A stretch of 64,000 nt of DNA from Spirulina sp. (lineage in GTDB: Bacteria; Cyanobacteriota; Cyanobacteriia; Phormidesmidales; Phormidesmidaceae): assembly GCA_044070495.1 (NCBI GenBank), contig JBIPSI010000002.1, positions 64,001 to 128,000 of the forward strand, in the 5' to 3' direction. The position numbers and the translations under genes were made by a program. Of this stretch, positions 1 to 9,456 are shown one piece after another (the stretch's first letter is position 1; each line of letters begins with the position of its first letter). The notes beneath the pieces were generated by a model, which was not told the DNA's origin, did not search any database, and was given only the letters and a program-made list of their open reading frames with translations.

Positions 1-704
1 TGATCGCCAGGGTCAGCCCAGGGGTTGAGGAAGGAGATAATCCGTTGGCGTTGGTAGGTTTTGAGGCTGACGCTGAGGGTAGCGGTGGCCAAGCCGCTAA
101 AGGCCGCCAAACCTACGTAGCTGTAGGGTAAACCTGCTGCTAAGGCAATCAGCCAGAGGGTGAGGCCGCAGATGGCCGCTGTACTCAGGTTGGGCTGAAG
201 CAGAATGGCGGCTAAAATCGCCACAAAAATCCCTAGCCAGGTGAGGCGGTTGCGCCAGGTGAGCTGATCCCAACGGCCAAACAATCGTGCCCCTTGGAGC
301 ACCAAGCAGGGCTTCAGCAACTCCGAAGGCTGGATCATAAACGGCCCCAGGGGCAGCCAGCGGGTGGCTCCGTTTACCGTTACCCCCAGGGCTGGAACTA
401 GGGTGAGCAACACCAGACCAAACAGCACTATCAGCACTAGGCCCGCCCCCCGCAGCAGTCGATCTAGGGGCGTGTGGACAATGCGGTTGAAGATCACTAG
501 GCCCACCGTCACCCACATCATCTGCACGAGAACGTAGTGCAGCCCGTGGCCCTGCTCTGTGATGGAAACGGCGTAGGAAGCGGAAAACAGGATCAGCAGC
601 CCGAAGCCCAGCCACAGGAAGGTGAGCCAACGCAGCCAGCGGGCCTCCGCCGACCATTCGGCCACGGTGGGATCGAGCCAGGGAATAACGTGCGTGAGTT
701 TCAA
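1..704 (-). CDS. ftsW: Cell division protein FtsW (SEDS family), 3' end runs off the window
   Basis: Not in the ORF track. Manual translation from TTG at 704 gives MKLTHVIPWLDPTVAEWSAEARWLRWLTFLWLGFGLLILFSAS...TYQRQRIISFLNPWADP, typical of cyanobacterial FtsW. Confidence 0.88.
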   Translation of the reverse strand, partial: MKLTHVIPWLDPTVAEWSAEARWLRWLTFLWLGFGLLILFSASYAVSITEQGHGLHYVLVQMMWVTVGLVIFNRIVHTPLDRLLRGAGLVLIVLFGLVLLTLVPALGVTVNGATRWLPLGPFMIQPSELLKPCLVLQGARLFGRWDQLTWRNRLTWLGIFVAILAAILLQPNLSTAAICGLTLWLIALAAGLPYSYVGLAAFSGLATATLSVSLKTYQRQRIISFLNPWADPGD

Positions 705-784
705 CCGAAGATCCCTCAGTAATGGGCTAGGTGGGGTGGGCTGGATGGGCTGATGGGGATGGGCAACCCAAATTTTCAGGGTCA

Positions 785-903
785 GTATAGCCGAGGAACC
801 GCTGAACGACACAGAATTTCCCGGAACCGTGGGTAAAGAAACCCGGCTTCTCGGCTATACAGCCCACGATCTCGCAGGTAGCCAGCCAGCAACCGGGGTT
901 TTC
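785..903. repeat. Structured intergenic repeat, diverged AGAAACCCGGTTTCT family
   Basis: GTATAGCCGAG (785) pairs with CTCGGCTATAC (850-860); AGAAACCCGGCTTCT and AACCGGGGTTTT motifs resemble the copies at 11218 and 16862. Confidence 0.6.
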
Positions 904-922
904 GCCCCAGGACACCGATGGC

Positions 923-2512
923 CTAGGCGGTTTCCGCCATCCGATCCGGCAGTCCCTCCAGGAGGGGGGCTAGGTCTTGCTTGAGCTGGCCAGCCCGGAT
1001 AAATTCGGCATAGGTGTCGGCCTCAATGGCCAGCAGTTCTTCCCGCAGTTGTTCCGAGGCGTAGCGCTGGATTTCGGGGTGTTTATGCTCCAGATCGACG
1101 AGGTTTTCCTGGACTTCCTTCAGTTGTCCGGCCACCAAAGCCCGCTGATAGCCGACAAATTCCGGGTCAAATTCCTGATTATCCTGAATTTCATCGAGGC
1201 GTTGCAGCACTCGCGTCAGGGCCACCCGCTGGGCGCTCATCTGCTGATATTCCACCCGTAGGGGCTGGTCGCCTAGGAGGTTGAGGGCCTCTAGGAGCGG
1301 TTTAGTGGTCAAGCCCTGCACCAGCAAGGTAAACAGCATCACCCCAAATACCACGCCGATCACTTCCTGCCGTTCGCCCAACACCGCTGGCACACTCAGG
1401 GCCAGGGCCACCGACACCGATCCCCGCAGCCCGCCCCACCAGAGGACGGTTTGCCCCGCCAGCGGCAGATCCATCTCTGGCCCCGTGACGGCATTACTGA
1501 GGGCACCCAGGCCGTAGACGCTGATGGCACGGGCGATCACCATAATCACAATGGCGACAAAAATCTTGTCGAGGTTGGCCATCAGCCCCGCAAACTGCAC
1601 CTGGTCGCCAATCAGCAAAAAGACGATGGAATTGATGAAAAACGACACAAACTCCCAAAATTCCGATACCACCAGGCGGGTACGGGGGTTCATGCCGATG
1701 CGGGAGCCAAAATTGCCTAAAATCAGCCCCGTGGTGACCACAGCGATCACCCCGGATCCGCCCAATTCCTCCGCCACCAAGTAGGTGCCGTAGGCCGATA
1801 CTAGGGTAAGGGACTGCTCCACTAGGGGAATATCAAAGCGCTGGGTGAGGAAGGAAATACCAAAGCCAATCAGCCCACCAATGCTGATCCCCACCCCCAC
1901 AAACACCAGGAATCGGGCCACGGTTACCGCCGCATCCAACGGTTCTAGTCCCAGGGCCAAGCCCAGCAGCAGGTTGAAGGCTACCACCGCCACGCCGTCG
2001 TTAAATAGGCTCTCCCCCTCCATAATCGTGGTGAGCTTTTTATCGACGCCCAACTCCCGGAACAGCGCCACCACCGACACCGGATCCGTGGCCGATAGAC
2101 TAGCCCCCACCAGCAAAGCCGTCGCCAGGGATGCCCCGGCAAAGGTTTGCAACCCCCACACCAAACTGCCCACGCAGATCACCACGCCGAAGATGGCATA
2201 GAGCACCACGGGCACCGCATACTGCTTCAGCTTTTGCCAGTTCAGGTTCCAGGCGGCCTCAAACAGCAGCGGCGGCAAAAAGATAAAGAGAATCAACTGG
2301 GGCGACAGGTTAATCAGCCGCACATCCACCAGGGCCAGCCCCAGGCCCACCAGCAGCAACAGCAGGGTATAGGGGATATTTCGCAGCACGCTAAACATGC
2401 GCGACAGGGTGGCTACCCCCAGGGAAACCGACAGCACCAGGCAAAATTGGCGCAGATGGGCCTCAATACTGGGATCCTCCAGCATCGATTCAACGGCAAG
2501 TAAAAGACTCAT
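923..2512 (-). CDS. Na+/H+ antiporter, CPA1/NhaP family
   Basis: LPPLLFEAA, ATDPVSV, EGESLFNDG and GGLRG motifs; many TM helices. Confidence 0.93.
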   Translation of the reverse strand: MSLLLAVESMLEDPSIEAHLRQFCLVLSVSLGVATLSRMFSVLRNIPYTLLLLLVGLGLALVDVRLINLSPQLILFIFLPPLLFEAAWNLNWQKLKQYAVPVVLYAIFGVVICVGSLVWGLQTFAGASLATALLVGASLSATDPVSVVALFRELGVDKKLTTIMEGESLFNDGVAVVAFNLLLGLALGLEPLDAAVTVARFLVFVGVGISIGGLIGFGISFLTQRFDIPLVEQSLTLVSAYGTYLVAEELGGSGVIAVVTTGLILGNFGSRIGMNPRTRLVVSEFWEFVSFFINSIVFLLIGDQVQFAGLMANLDKIFVAIVIMVIARAISVYGLGALSNAVTGPEMDLPLAGQTVLWWGGLRGSVSVALALSVPAVLGERQEVIGVVFGVMLFTLLVQGLTTKPLLEALNLLGDQPLRVEYQQMSAQRVALTRVLQRLDEIQDNQEFDPEFVGYQRALVAGQLKEVQENLVDLEHKHPEIQRYASEQLREELLAIEADTYAEFIRAGQLKQDLAPLLEGLPDRMAETA

Positions 2513-2595
2513 AGGGTCAGCGTCCTGAGGTAAACAGCCAGGGTCACAGTTCTACCCACCAGCACCAAGGGCAGGCACAGGCAAGATAGACCACA

Positions 2596-2621
2596 CCTAG
2601 GGGATTCGGCAACCCCCTAGG
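2596..2621. terminator. Hairpin downstream of gor
   Basis: CCTAGGGGATT-CGGC-AACCCCCTAGG stem-loop. Confidence 0.45.
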
Positions 2622-2731
2622 ATGACGGGCGGCTACGGGCCTGCGGATTGAGGAGGTCTTTCGGGACAAACCTCAGGACGCTGGCCCAGATTTGTCCTTG
2701 GGGATTGACCCAGAGGATTGACCCAGGGCAT

Positions 2732-4084
2732 CTACCGCATGGTGACGAACTCTTCGGCGGAACTGGGGTGGATGGCGATGGTGGCATCGAAGTCGGCCTT
2801 GGTGGCTCCCATCTGCACGGCAATGGCCACGCCCTGGATGATTTCGGCGGCGTAGTCCCCTACCATGTGCGCCCCCAATACCTTATCGGTGGGCTGGTGA
2901 ACAATCAGCTTCATCAGGGTGCGGGCTTCCATGCCGGGGACGCTGTAGTACATGGGCCGGAAGCGGGAGCGGTAGATTTTGATGCTGTCCTCGCCGTACT
3001 TGGCCTTGGCCTGTTCCTCGGTCATCCCCACGGTGCCCATTTCGGGGGTGGTGAAGACGGCGGTGGGCACAATGGCGTGGCTCATCAGGCCCGGTTTGTT
3101 GCCAAATTCGGTATCGGCAAAGATGCGTCCTTCCTTGATGGCCACGGGGGTAAGGTTCACCCGGTCGGTGACATCGCCCACGGCGAAAATGTGGGGCACG
3201 GCGGTACGGTGGTGTTCGTCTACGGCGATGGCTCCGTGGTGGATTTCAACGCCTGTGTTCTCTAGGCCAAGACCCTGAACGTTGGGGCGGCGTCCGGTGG
3301 CGGCAAGGCTGACGGCATCGGCTAGGATGTGCTCCTGCTTTTCGGGGGTGGCGATGGTGACATCCACCCCGGCCTCGGTTTTGTGGATGGCGATCAGTTC
3401 GCAGTGGGTCATCAGGGTGATGCCCTGCTGGGTCATGGCGTTTTGAATTTCGGTCCGCAGTTCTTCGTCAAAGCCGCGCAGAATTTTGTCGCCCCGCACC
3501 ACCTGCACCACTTCGGTACCCAGGCCGTTGAGAATACAGGCAAACTCGCTGCCGATGTAGCCGCCGCCCAGGATCACCACCCGCTTGGGCTGCTGGGGCA
3601 GGTGAAAAATGTCATCGGAGGTGATGGTGTATTCAATGCCGGGAACATCGGGCTTGACGGGCTTGCCCCCCACGGCAATCAGAATTTTTTCGGCGGTGAC
3701 TTTCTGATTGCCCACCTCCAAGGTGTGCTCATCCACAAAGCGGGCATAGTGCGGAAAGAGTTGCACCGAAGACTTGTCCAGCATGGTGCCGTAGATGCCG
3801 TTGAGGCGGGTGACTTCGGTATCCAGCGCCTTAACCAGGGTGGGCCAGTCAAAATGGCGATCCCCCACCGTCCAGCCATAGCCAGCGGCGGCCTCAAACT
3901 GGTCGGGGAAATGGGAGGCATAGACCATCAGCTTTTTGGGCACACAGCCCCGGTTCACACAGGTTCCCCCCAAGCGTCCGGCCTCGGCAAGGCCCACCTT
4001 GGCCCCATACTCGGCGGCTCGACGGGCGGCGGCAATGCCCCCGGATCCGCCCCCGATCACAAATAAATCAAAATCATAGGCCAT
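2732..4084 (-). CDS. gor: Glutathione-disulfide reductase
   Basis: GGGSGG FAD site, GGTCVNRGCVPKK redox disulfide, HPSSAEE C-terminal motif; start placed at MAYDFDL. Confidence 0.95.
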   Translation of the reverse strand: MAYDFDLFVIGGGSGGIAAARRAAEYGAKVGLAEAGRLGGTCVNRGCVPKKLMVYASHFPDQFEAAAGYGWTVGDRHFDWPTLVKALDTEVTRLNGIYGTMLDKSSVQLFPHYARFVDEHTLEVGNQKVTAEKILIAVGGKPVKPDVPGIEYTITSDDIFHLPQQPKRVVILGGGYIGSEFACILNGLGTEVVQVVRGDKILRGFDEELRTEIQNAMTQQGITLMTHCELIAIHKTEAGVDVTIATPEKQEHILADAVSLAATGRRPNVQGLGLENTGVEIHHGAIAVDEHHRTAVPHIFAVGDVTDRVNLTPVAIKEGRIFADTEFGNKPGLMSHAIVPTAVFTTPEMGTVGMTEEQAKAKYGEDSIKIYRSRFRPMYYSVPGMEARTLMKLIVHQPTDKVLGAHMVGDYAAEIIQGVAIAVQMGATKADFDATIAIHPSSAEEFVTMR

Positions 4085-4250
4085 GGTTCTATCCCCCTGG
4101 TTGGTCACACTATTTCCTAGTGTATCGAGGTTGAGCAAACCCTATGGGTTGAATGAATCACAAATTTGATGGAGTTGGGAATCGGGGTTGCCTCGTTGAA
4201 ATGGGGTAGGAATGCGGTCTGAAGGTGAATGTGGTTGAGGCCGTCGAGCC

Positions 4251-5417
4251 TTAATTCGGCACAATTTCTGTAACCACTTGGCCACCGTTATTCTGGCCGC
4301 CATCCACCACAAAGGTGCCCTCCTGCAAGCGGCCAATCCCCCGACTACCGTTGAGGTTGAGGGCCGGATTGACCTGTTGATAATTCACCCGTCCCTCGGC
4401 CACCAGAATTTGGTCAGGAATCGTCCAGGTGAGTTGATCGGTGGTGAGGCGGGATTGGGGTTGCTGCCGCACCGCCACCACGTCTTGGCTGACGCGAATC
4501 ACCTCGTTGGCCAAATCCATCGCCCCCTGGCGACCCGTTACCACTAGGCCATCGGTAGGACGAGTTAGGGTCAGCGGTTGATTTACATTAATTTGCTCCT
4601 CGGCCACCCGCCACTCCAGCACCTCACTGGTGAGGGTGAGGGGTAACGCGAGGAACTGCATGGTGACCGCCCCCTGAAGGGTAGCCACGTCTTCGGCTAG
4701 ATTCACTTGCCCCCGCTGCCCCTGCACCACCTCAGTAATGGTGGCGTCTTTAAATTGTTCAATGCGCAAGGGCTGAGGGCTGTCGATCATCTCTTGATCC
4801 CAGGACCACAGCAATTGTTGGGCTTGCAGCTTCAGCCAGGGTTCAGTTTTGGGGTCTTCCACCACGGTGTTGGCTACCACATTGCCCAACAGTTCCATGC
4901 GGTTTTCGCGATTGAAGACCCGGAATTCATCCGCCGTGGCCCGCAGTTGGGGATGGGTTCCGGTCACGGCTTGGCGCATTACCAGCACATCTTCCTGGGG
5001 CCGCCATTCCATTTCCTTGCCCCGCAGCACCGCACCGTTTTTAACCCCCGTGGCCACAATATTGCCGCGCAAAATAATGGTGTTGCCGTTGTCGCGCATT
5101 TCCCCGGTGTCGGCAGTGACATTGTAGATCACCTCGCCATCTTGAAAAAGCTCGCCATCGGGGCGGGTAAACATGGCCACGGATCGATCCGGGCTGTAGG
5201 TGGCTTCCTCCGCCTTCACCCGCCACAGTAGAACGCCGTTTTCGTCGGGCTGTTCTAGGGTGACATTCCGCAGGGTAAACTCCGCCTCCACCGATGACTC
5301 CGGTGTATCGGTAGACGGAGGGGGAGCCAAGGGGCCAAGCCCTAGCCAATACATCCCTAACCCAAGAACGGCAGCTACCCCAACCCCCACTGTAATCTGC
5401 TGTTTTTTCCCCATCAT
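4251..5417 (-). CDS. lptC: LPS export protein LptC (long cyanobacterial form)
   Basis: N-terminal TM anchor, repeated beta-jellyroll-like sequence, position after metG and the NYN gene. Confidence 0.8.
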   Translation of the reverse strand: MMGKKQQITVGVGVAAVLGLGMYWLGLGPLAPPPSTDTPESSVEAEFTLRNVTLEQPDENGVLLWRVKAEEATYSPDRSVAMFTRPDGELFQDGEVIYNVTADTGEMRDNGNTIILRGNIVATGVKNGAVLRGKEMEWRPQEDVLVMRQAVTGTHPQLRATADEFRVFNRENRMELLGNVVANTVVEDPKTEPWLKLQAQQLLWSWDQEMIDSPQPLRIEQFKDATITEVVQGQRGQVNLAEDVATLQGAVTMQFLALPLTLTSEVLEWRVAEEQINVNQPLTLTRPTDGLVVTGRQGAMDLANEVIRVSQDVVAVRQQPQSRLTTDQLTWTIPDQILVAEGRVNYQQVNPALNLNGSRGIGRLQEGTFVVDGGQNNGGQVVTEIVPN

Positions 5418-5462
5418 CGTGCCGCTAGGGATAGCCCCGCTCCGAATGCGCCGCTATCTATC

Positions 5463-6101
5463 CTAGCCCCTCGCCTCCGGCTCCGCCGCCAGATCCTCCG
5501 TTCCGCCCAGGCTAGGCAGCGGACGATAGGTGTAGTTGTGCTGGGGGGCACGGGGGTTTTTCTTGATGTCGTCCTTCACCAGTTCTAGGTCAATGTAGCG
5601 GTCGGCTACGTTGATTAGACTGTCGCTGGTCATGGAACGTAGACTCACCACCTCGATGCGGGCTCCCCGATAGCTGGCGGCATCGGCAGCGTAGGCCAAA
5701 TCCCCATCGCCGCTGACCAGCACCGCCGTGTCGTAGTAGTTCACTAGAGCCACCAGATCCACGGCAATTTCCACATCCAAATTGGCCTTTTTAGATCCAT
5801 CGGGCAACTGCACTAAGTCCTTGGCAATCACTCGATAGCCGTTGCGCCGCATCCACAGCAAAAAGCCCTGCTGCTTTTCGTTACTGCGATCCACGCCCGT
5901 ATAGAAGAACGACCGAAACAGGCGTGATCCAGCGGTTAGCTTACAGAGCAACTTGGTGTAGTCAATCTCAATCCCCAATTGCAGGGCGGCATAGAACAGG
6001 TTAGAACCATCGATGAAGATAGCCACCCGTCCCCGGTTGTCGAGCACTTGCTCAGGGGTAAAAATGGCGTCTTCGCTGATTAAAGAATGAGCGTCTAGCA
6101 T
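5463..6101 (-). CDS. NYN domain protein (LabA/DUF88 family)
   Basis: IFIDGSNL, KANLDVEIAVD and LVSGDGDL motifs. Confidence 0.9.
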   Translation of the reverse strand: MLDAHSLISEDAIFTPEQVLDNRGRVAIFIDGSNLFYAALQLGIEIDYTKLLCKLTAGSRLFRSFFYTGVDRSNEKQQGFLLWMRRNGYRVIAKDLVQLPDGSKKANLDVEIAVDLVALVNYYDTAVLVSGDGDLAYAADAASYRGARIEVVSLRSMTSDSLINVADRYIDLELVKDDIKKNPRAPQHNYTYRPLPSLGGTEDLAAEPEARG

Positions 6102-6193
6102 GGGATTTTTATCCGGTTGTATTAAATCAGAGGGGTTTTAAAGGGGCTTTTATGGGGCAGTAATAATGTATTCTCCGTGGGTTAAGGCGGGGG

Positions 6194-7786
6194 CTAATCC
6201 ACGACTTCAGAAATCTCAATCCGCTGAAAAATAGGCTTGGCCTCCCCTAGGGATTGCCCTGGGGGCAGCATTCCCCAGGTAGACTGCTCAGCAAAGGACA
6301 GATCATCAGCAATGGAACGCTGGTTAAAATCCACCCCATAGCCAAGCTGCCGATAAATTTCGTTGCTCAGCCCCGGCACCACGGGCGACAACAGGTAGGC
6401 GGCAAGGCGTACCGATTCGAGGACAGCGTATAAAACGGCTTCGGTTTCCGCCTGTTTCCCTTGCTTAAAGAGACTCCAGGGGGCTTCGTCGTCAAGGAAC
6501 TTATTGCTGGCCTGCACCAGTCCCAGAACAGCGGTACAAGCTTGGCTAAATTTCAACTGCTGATAGGCCTCGGCAACGGTGTTTCCCAAGGCTTTACCCA
6601 TGCCCTTTAACCGATGGTCATCCGTTAAAGACATAGGATCAACAGAGGGAACCTTTTCTCCACAATAACGCGCCGCCATCTTTATCGTGCGATTTAACAG
6701 ATTTCCTAAATCATTGGCCAAATCAGCGTTGAGAACGTTGATGAACCGGGTTTCGTTAAAATCCCCGTCTTTGCCAAATTCAATTTCTCGCAGAAAGTAG
6801 TAGCGGACGGCGTCAGGCCCATATTTATCAACCAATTCCACAGGATCGAGGGTATTTCCTAGGCTTTTGCCCATTTTCAAGCCATCTTTGGTTAAAAAGC
6901 CATGGCCAACCACCTGCCCAGGCACAGGCAACCCCGCCGACATCAGCATGGCGGGCCAATACACGGCATGAAACCGCAGAATATCTTTGCCAATCAGGTG
7001 CACATTAATGGGCCACCACTGGCTCGTTGCGGCCTCTAAATTGGGGGTTTCGTTGGGGTCTTGCAGGGCGGTCACATAGCCTAAAAGGGCGTCAAACCAG
7101 ACGTAGAGGGTGTGGTGGGGATCCGTGGGCACCGGAAAGCCCCAGTCCAAATTGACGCGAGAGATAGAAAAGTCTTGCAAGCCCCGTGTGACAAAGCTCA
7201 AAACCTCATTGCGGCGGGTTTCGGGCTGAATGAAATCGGGCCGTTCGGCATAGAGTTGCTCTAGTTTTTCCTGGTAGTTAGACAGCCGAAAGAAATAATT
7301 CTGCTCATCCCGCCATTCCACGGTTTTGTTGGGATGGAGGGGGCAGCGGTGGTCATCCAACAAATCCCGCTCTTCTTTAAATTCTTCGCAGGAGACGCAG
7401 TACCAGCCCTGCTGCTGCCCCTGGTAAATATCTCCTTTTTCCCACACCCGCTGAAAAAACTCCCGCACAATTACCTCATGGCGGGGGGATGTGGTGCGAA
7501 TAAATCGATCCCATTGAATATTTAACTTCTGCCACAGGCTTTCAAACCCCGCCACCACCTGATCGCAATGATCCTGGGGCGAAATTCCCCGTTCTTCGGC
7601 GGTGCGGAGAATTTTTTGGCCGTGCTCATCGGTACCGGTAATCATCAACACGGGCTGCCCCGTCAGGCGATGGAACCGGGCAACCACGTCCGCCGCAATG
7701 GTGGTGTAGGCGCTGCCAATGTGGGGCAGGTCGTTGACGTAGTAGAGCGGGGTGGTGATGGCGAAGGGGGCAGCGTTGAAGGTCAT
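6194..7786 (-). CDS. metG: Methionine--tRNA ligase
   Basis: YYVNDLPHIGSAY (HIGH), YVWFDAL, KMGKS; start placed at MTFN. Confidence 0.96.
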   Translation of the reverse strand: MTFNAAPFAITTPLYYVNDLPHIGSAYTTIAADVVARFHRLTGQPVLMITGTDEHGQKILRTAEERGISPQDHCDQVVAGFESLWQKLNIQWDRFIRTTSPRHEVIVREFFQRVWEKGDIYQGQQQGWYCVSCEEFKEERDLLDDHRCPLHPNKTVEWRDEQNYFFRLSNYQEKLEQLYAERPDFIQPETRRNEVLSFVTRGLQDFSISRVNLDWGFPVPTDPHHTLYVWFDALLGYVTALQDPNETPNLEAATSQWWPINVHLIGKDILRFHAVYWPAMLMSAGLPVPGQVVGHGFLTKDGLKMGKSLGNTLDPVELVDKYGPDAVRYYFLREIEFGKDGDFNETRFINVLNADLANDLGNLLNRTIKMAARYCGEKVPSVDPMSLTDDHRLKGMGKALGNTVAEAYQQLKFSQACTAVLGLVQASNKFLDDEAPWSLFKQGKQAETEAVLYAVLESVRLAAYLLSPVVPGLSNEIYRQLGYGVDFNQRSIADDLSFAEQSTWGMLPPGQSLGEAKPIFQRIEISEVVD

Positions 7787-8173
7787 AGAACGGTGTGTAA
7801 AGGTTAGCCTTCGGGCAGTGGAAAACCCTGGTGAAGCGGAAATCATCCCTCTGCCCTAGGCAAAGGCAATCAAACCGCAAAAGGCCATCATACAAGGAAC
7901 CTGAACCCCTTGCCTAATCAGGCATCGAAGGGGGTAAAGGTAGGTTGTGTCGGCCATAGTGTAGCCCCTGTTTTGGTGGTGTCCTCCGCAGCGCCCAGAA
8001 GATTTAACCATTGCGTTTCTAACGTGGATGTGCTGTGCCTGGACTATGCAGGCTATAGGAGACTCCCATGGGGAGAATCCGTAGGCTTTGGCCATCCCCC
8101 GCTAGAATGGAGGTGTCGAAATGCTTCATACTTTGTTACAACAAGTAGAGATGTTGGGTTGGTATTAACCTCT

Positions 8174-8968
8174 ATGTTCGGCGGCTTTACCGGGTTCCAG
8201 CCAAACGCAGCGAACGATTTCGGCGAACGGATGATCAATTCCGTGGTCACCCAGTCCCTTCGGCACATGTTCAGCCGCAGTGATTCCATTGATGTGGCCG
8301 TCCGTTGTTCGCCCCCTAGCAAGCTCTTGCAGGGCACCGTAGACAGCTTCCGCATGGAAGGACGCGGACTGGTGATCCGCAACGAATTTGAAACCGCAGA
8401 GATGATGTTTGAAACCGATGCGGTCGCCATCGACGTGGGGGCAGCCATTGGCGGCAAAATTCGTCTGCGCCAGCCCACCCAGGCCATTGCCCAGGTGGTG
8501 CTCACCGAAGACGCCATCAACCGCGCCTTTGAAGCGGCCCTCGTGCGCCAACACCTAGAGGGCGTGGACGACGAAATCTTCACCAACATCTCCGGTGGCG
8601 ATCCCCTCACCTTCCGCGATATCCACATCACCCTCCAGCCCGATCAACGGGTGATCATCTCCGCAAAAACCGACCTGCCCAATAAAAAAGATGTGCCGAT
8701 TCAACTTACGGCCACCATCACCGTGGAAAAGCGGCGACGGATTATCTTTGCCGAGGCGGAATTCTTGGCCGATGGCATCCCCGATACCATTCGATCCCTC
8801 TCCGCTACGCTCACCCAGGGCTTTGCCACCGTCCTCAACCGCATGGTGGATCTAGAGCGCTTTAATCTGGATGGGGTGCTGCTGCGGGTCAACCGCCTAG
8901 AAACCCAGGGCAACCAACTTGTCTTCAGCGGTTATGCCCAGATCGAATACTTCCCCGGCACGGTCTAG
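8174..8968 (+). CDS. DUF2993/LmeA-like protein
   Basis: MFGG start and SKLLQGTVDSFRMEGRGLVIR pattern typical of cyanobacterial DUF2993. Confidence 0.75.
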   Translation: MFGGFTGFQPNAANDFGERMINSVVTQSLRHMFSRSDSIDVAVRCSPPSKLLQGTVDSFRMEGRGLVIRNEFETAEMMFETDAVAIDVGAAIGGKIRLRQPTQAIAQVVLTEDAINRAFEAALVRQHLEGVDDEIFTNISGGDPLTFRDIHITLQPDQRVIISAKTDLPNKKDVPIQLTATITVEKRRRIIFAEAEFLADGIPDTIRSLSATLTQGFATVLNRMVDLERFNLDGVLLRVNRLETQGNQLVFSGYAQIEYFPGTV

Positions 8969-9074
8969 GATAAGCCTCAGCCATGGATGACGCTAGGTGA
9001 GTCCTCTCGGATCATCGGTTCAGTGGGTTCGCCTATTCTGAAGATAGCCATTGGCGTTATTCTGCCGTTCCACC

Positions 9075-9290
9075 ATGAAAAGCCAACTCCTCAACCTCAC
9101 CTACGAAATTGAGCTACAGCCCGGTGAAACTTTCACCTTTCCCGATGACTGGAAGCCATCCCTGGGGGCTGGACGCTGGAAAATCACCATCGAGCCGGTG
9201 CTCAATCAGGAACCTGATGCCACGGTTCCAATGGACGATAGCGCTTTCCTGAACAGCTATGTTGATGAGGATGAGGGACTCTATTTGTAG
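9075..9290 (+). CDS. Small acidic hypothetical protein, antitoxin-like
   Basis: 71 aa from ATG 9075; acidic tail SAFLNSYVDEDEGLY resembles small proteins upstream of PemK-like toxins (recollection, unverified). Confidence 0.6.
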   Translation: MKSQLLNLTYEIELQPGETFTFPDDWKPSLGAGRWKITIEPVLNQEPDATVPMDDSAFLNSYVDEDEGLYL

Positions 9291-9339
9291 GGTCAATCTC
9301 CTGGCTAACTGACACAACGCCGAAAAGCCTTGATCTCTC

Positions 9340-9371
9340 GTAGGTTGGGTGGCGCGATAGCAGAACCCAAC
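9340..9371 (+). repeat. GTAG-type REP-like palindrome
   Basis: GTAGGTTGGGT...AACCCAAC hairpin with 5' GTAG tag. Confidence 0.65.
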
Positions 9372-9456
9372 AAGCCCGAAGTCCTCGTTTCGTAGAATTC
9401 GATGGCCTAGGCAAGTCTAGAAAGTCAGGGTATTCTTGTACTAAACAAGATGTGCC

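Noticed and set aside
97..657. 186-aa minus-strand ORF in the track
   Set aside because: Alternative frame of ftsW; the real frame lacks a stop inside the window.
727..915. 62-aa ORF with EKPGF motif
   Set aside because: Translation of the AGAAACCCGG repeat, not a protein family.
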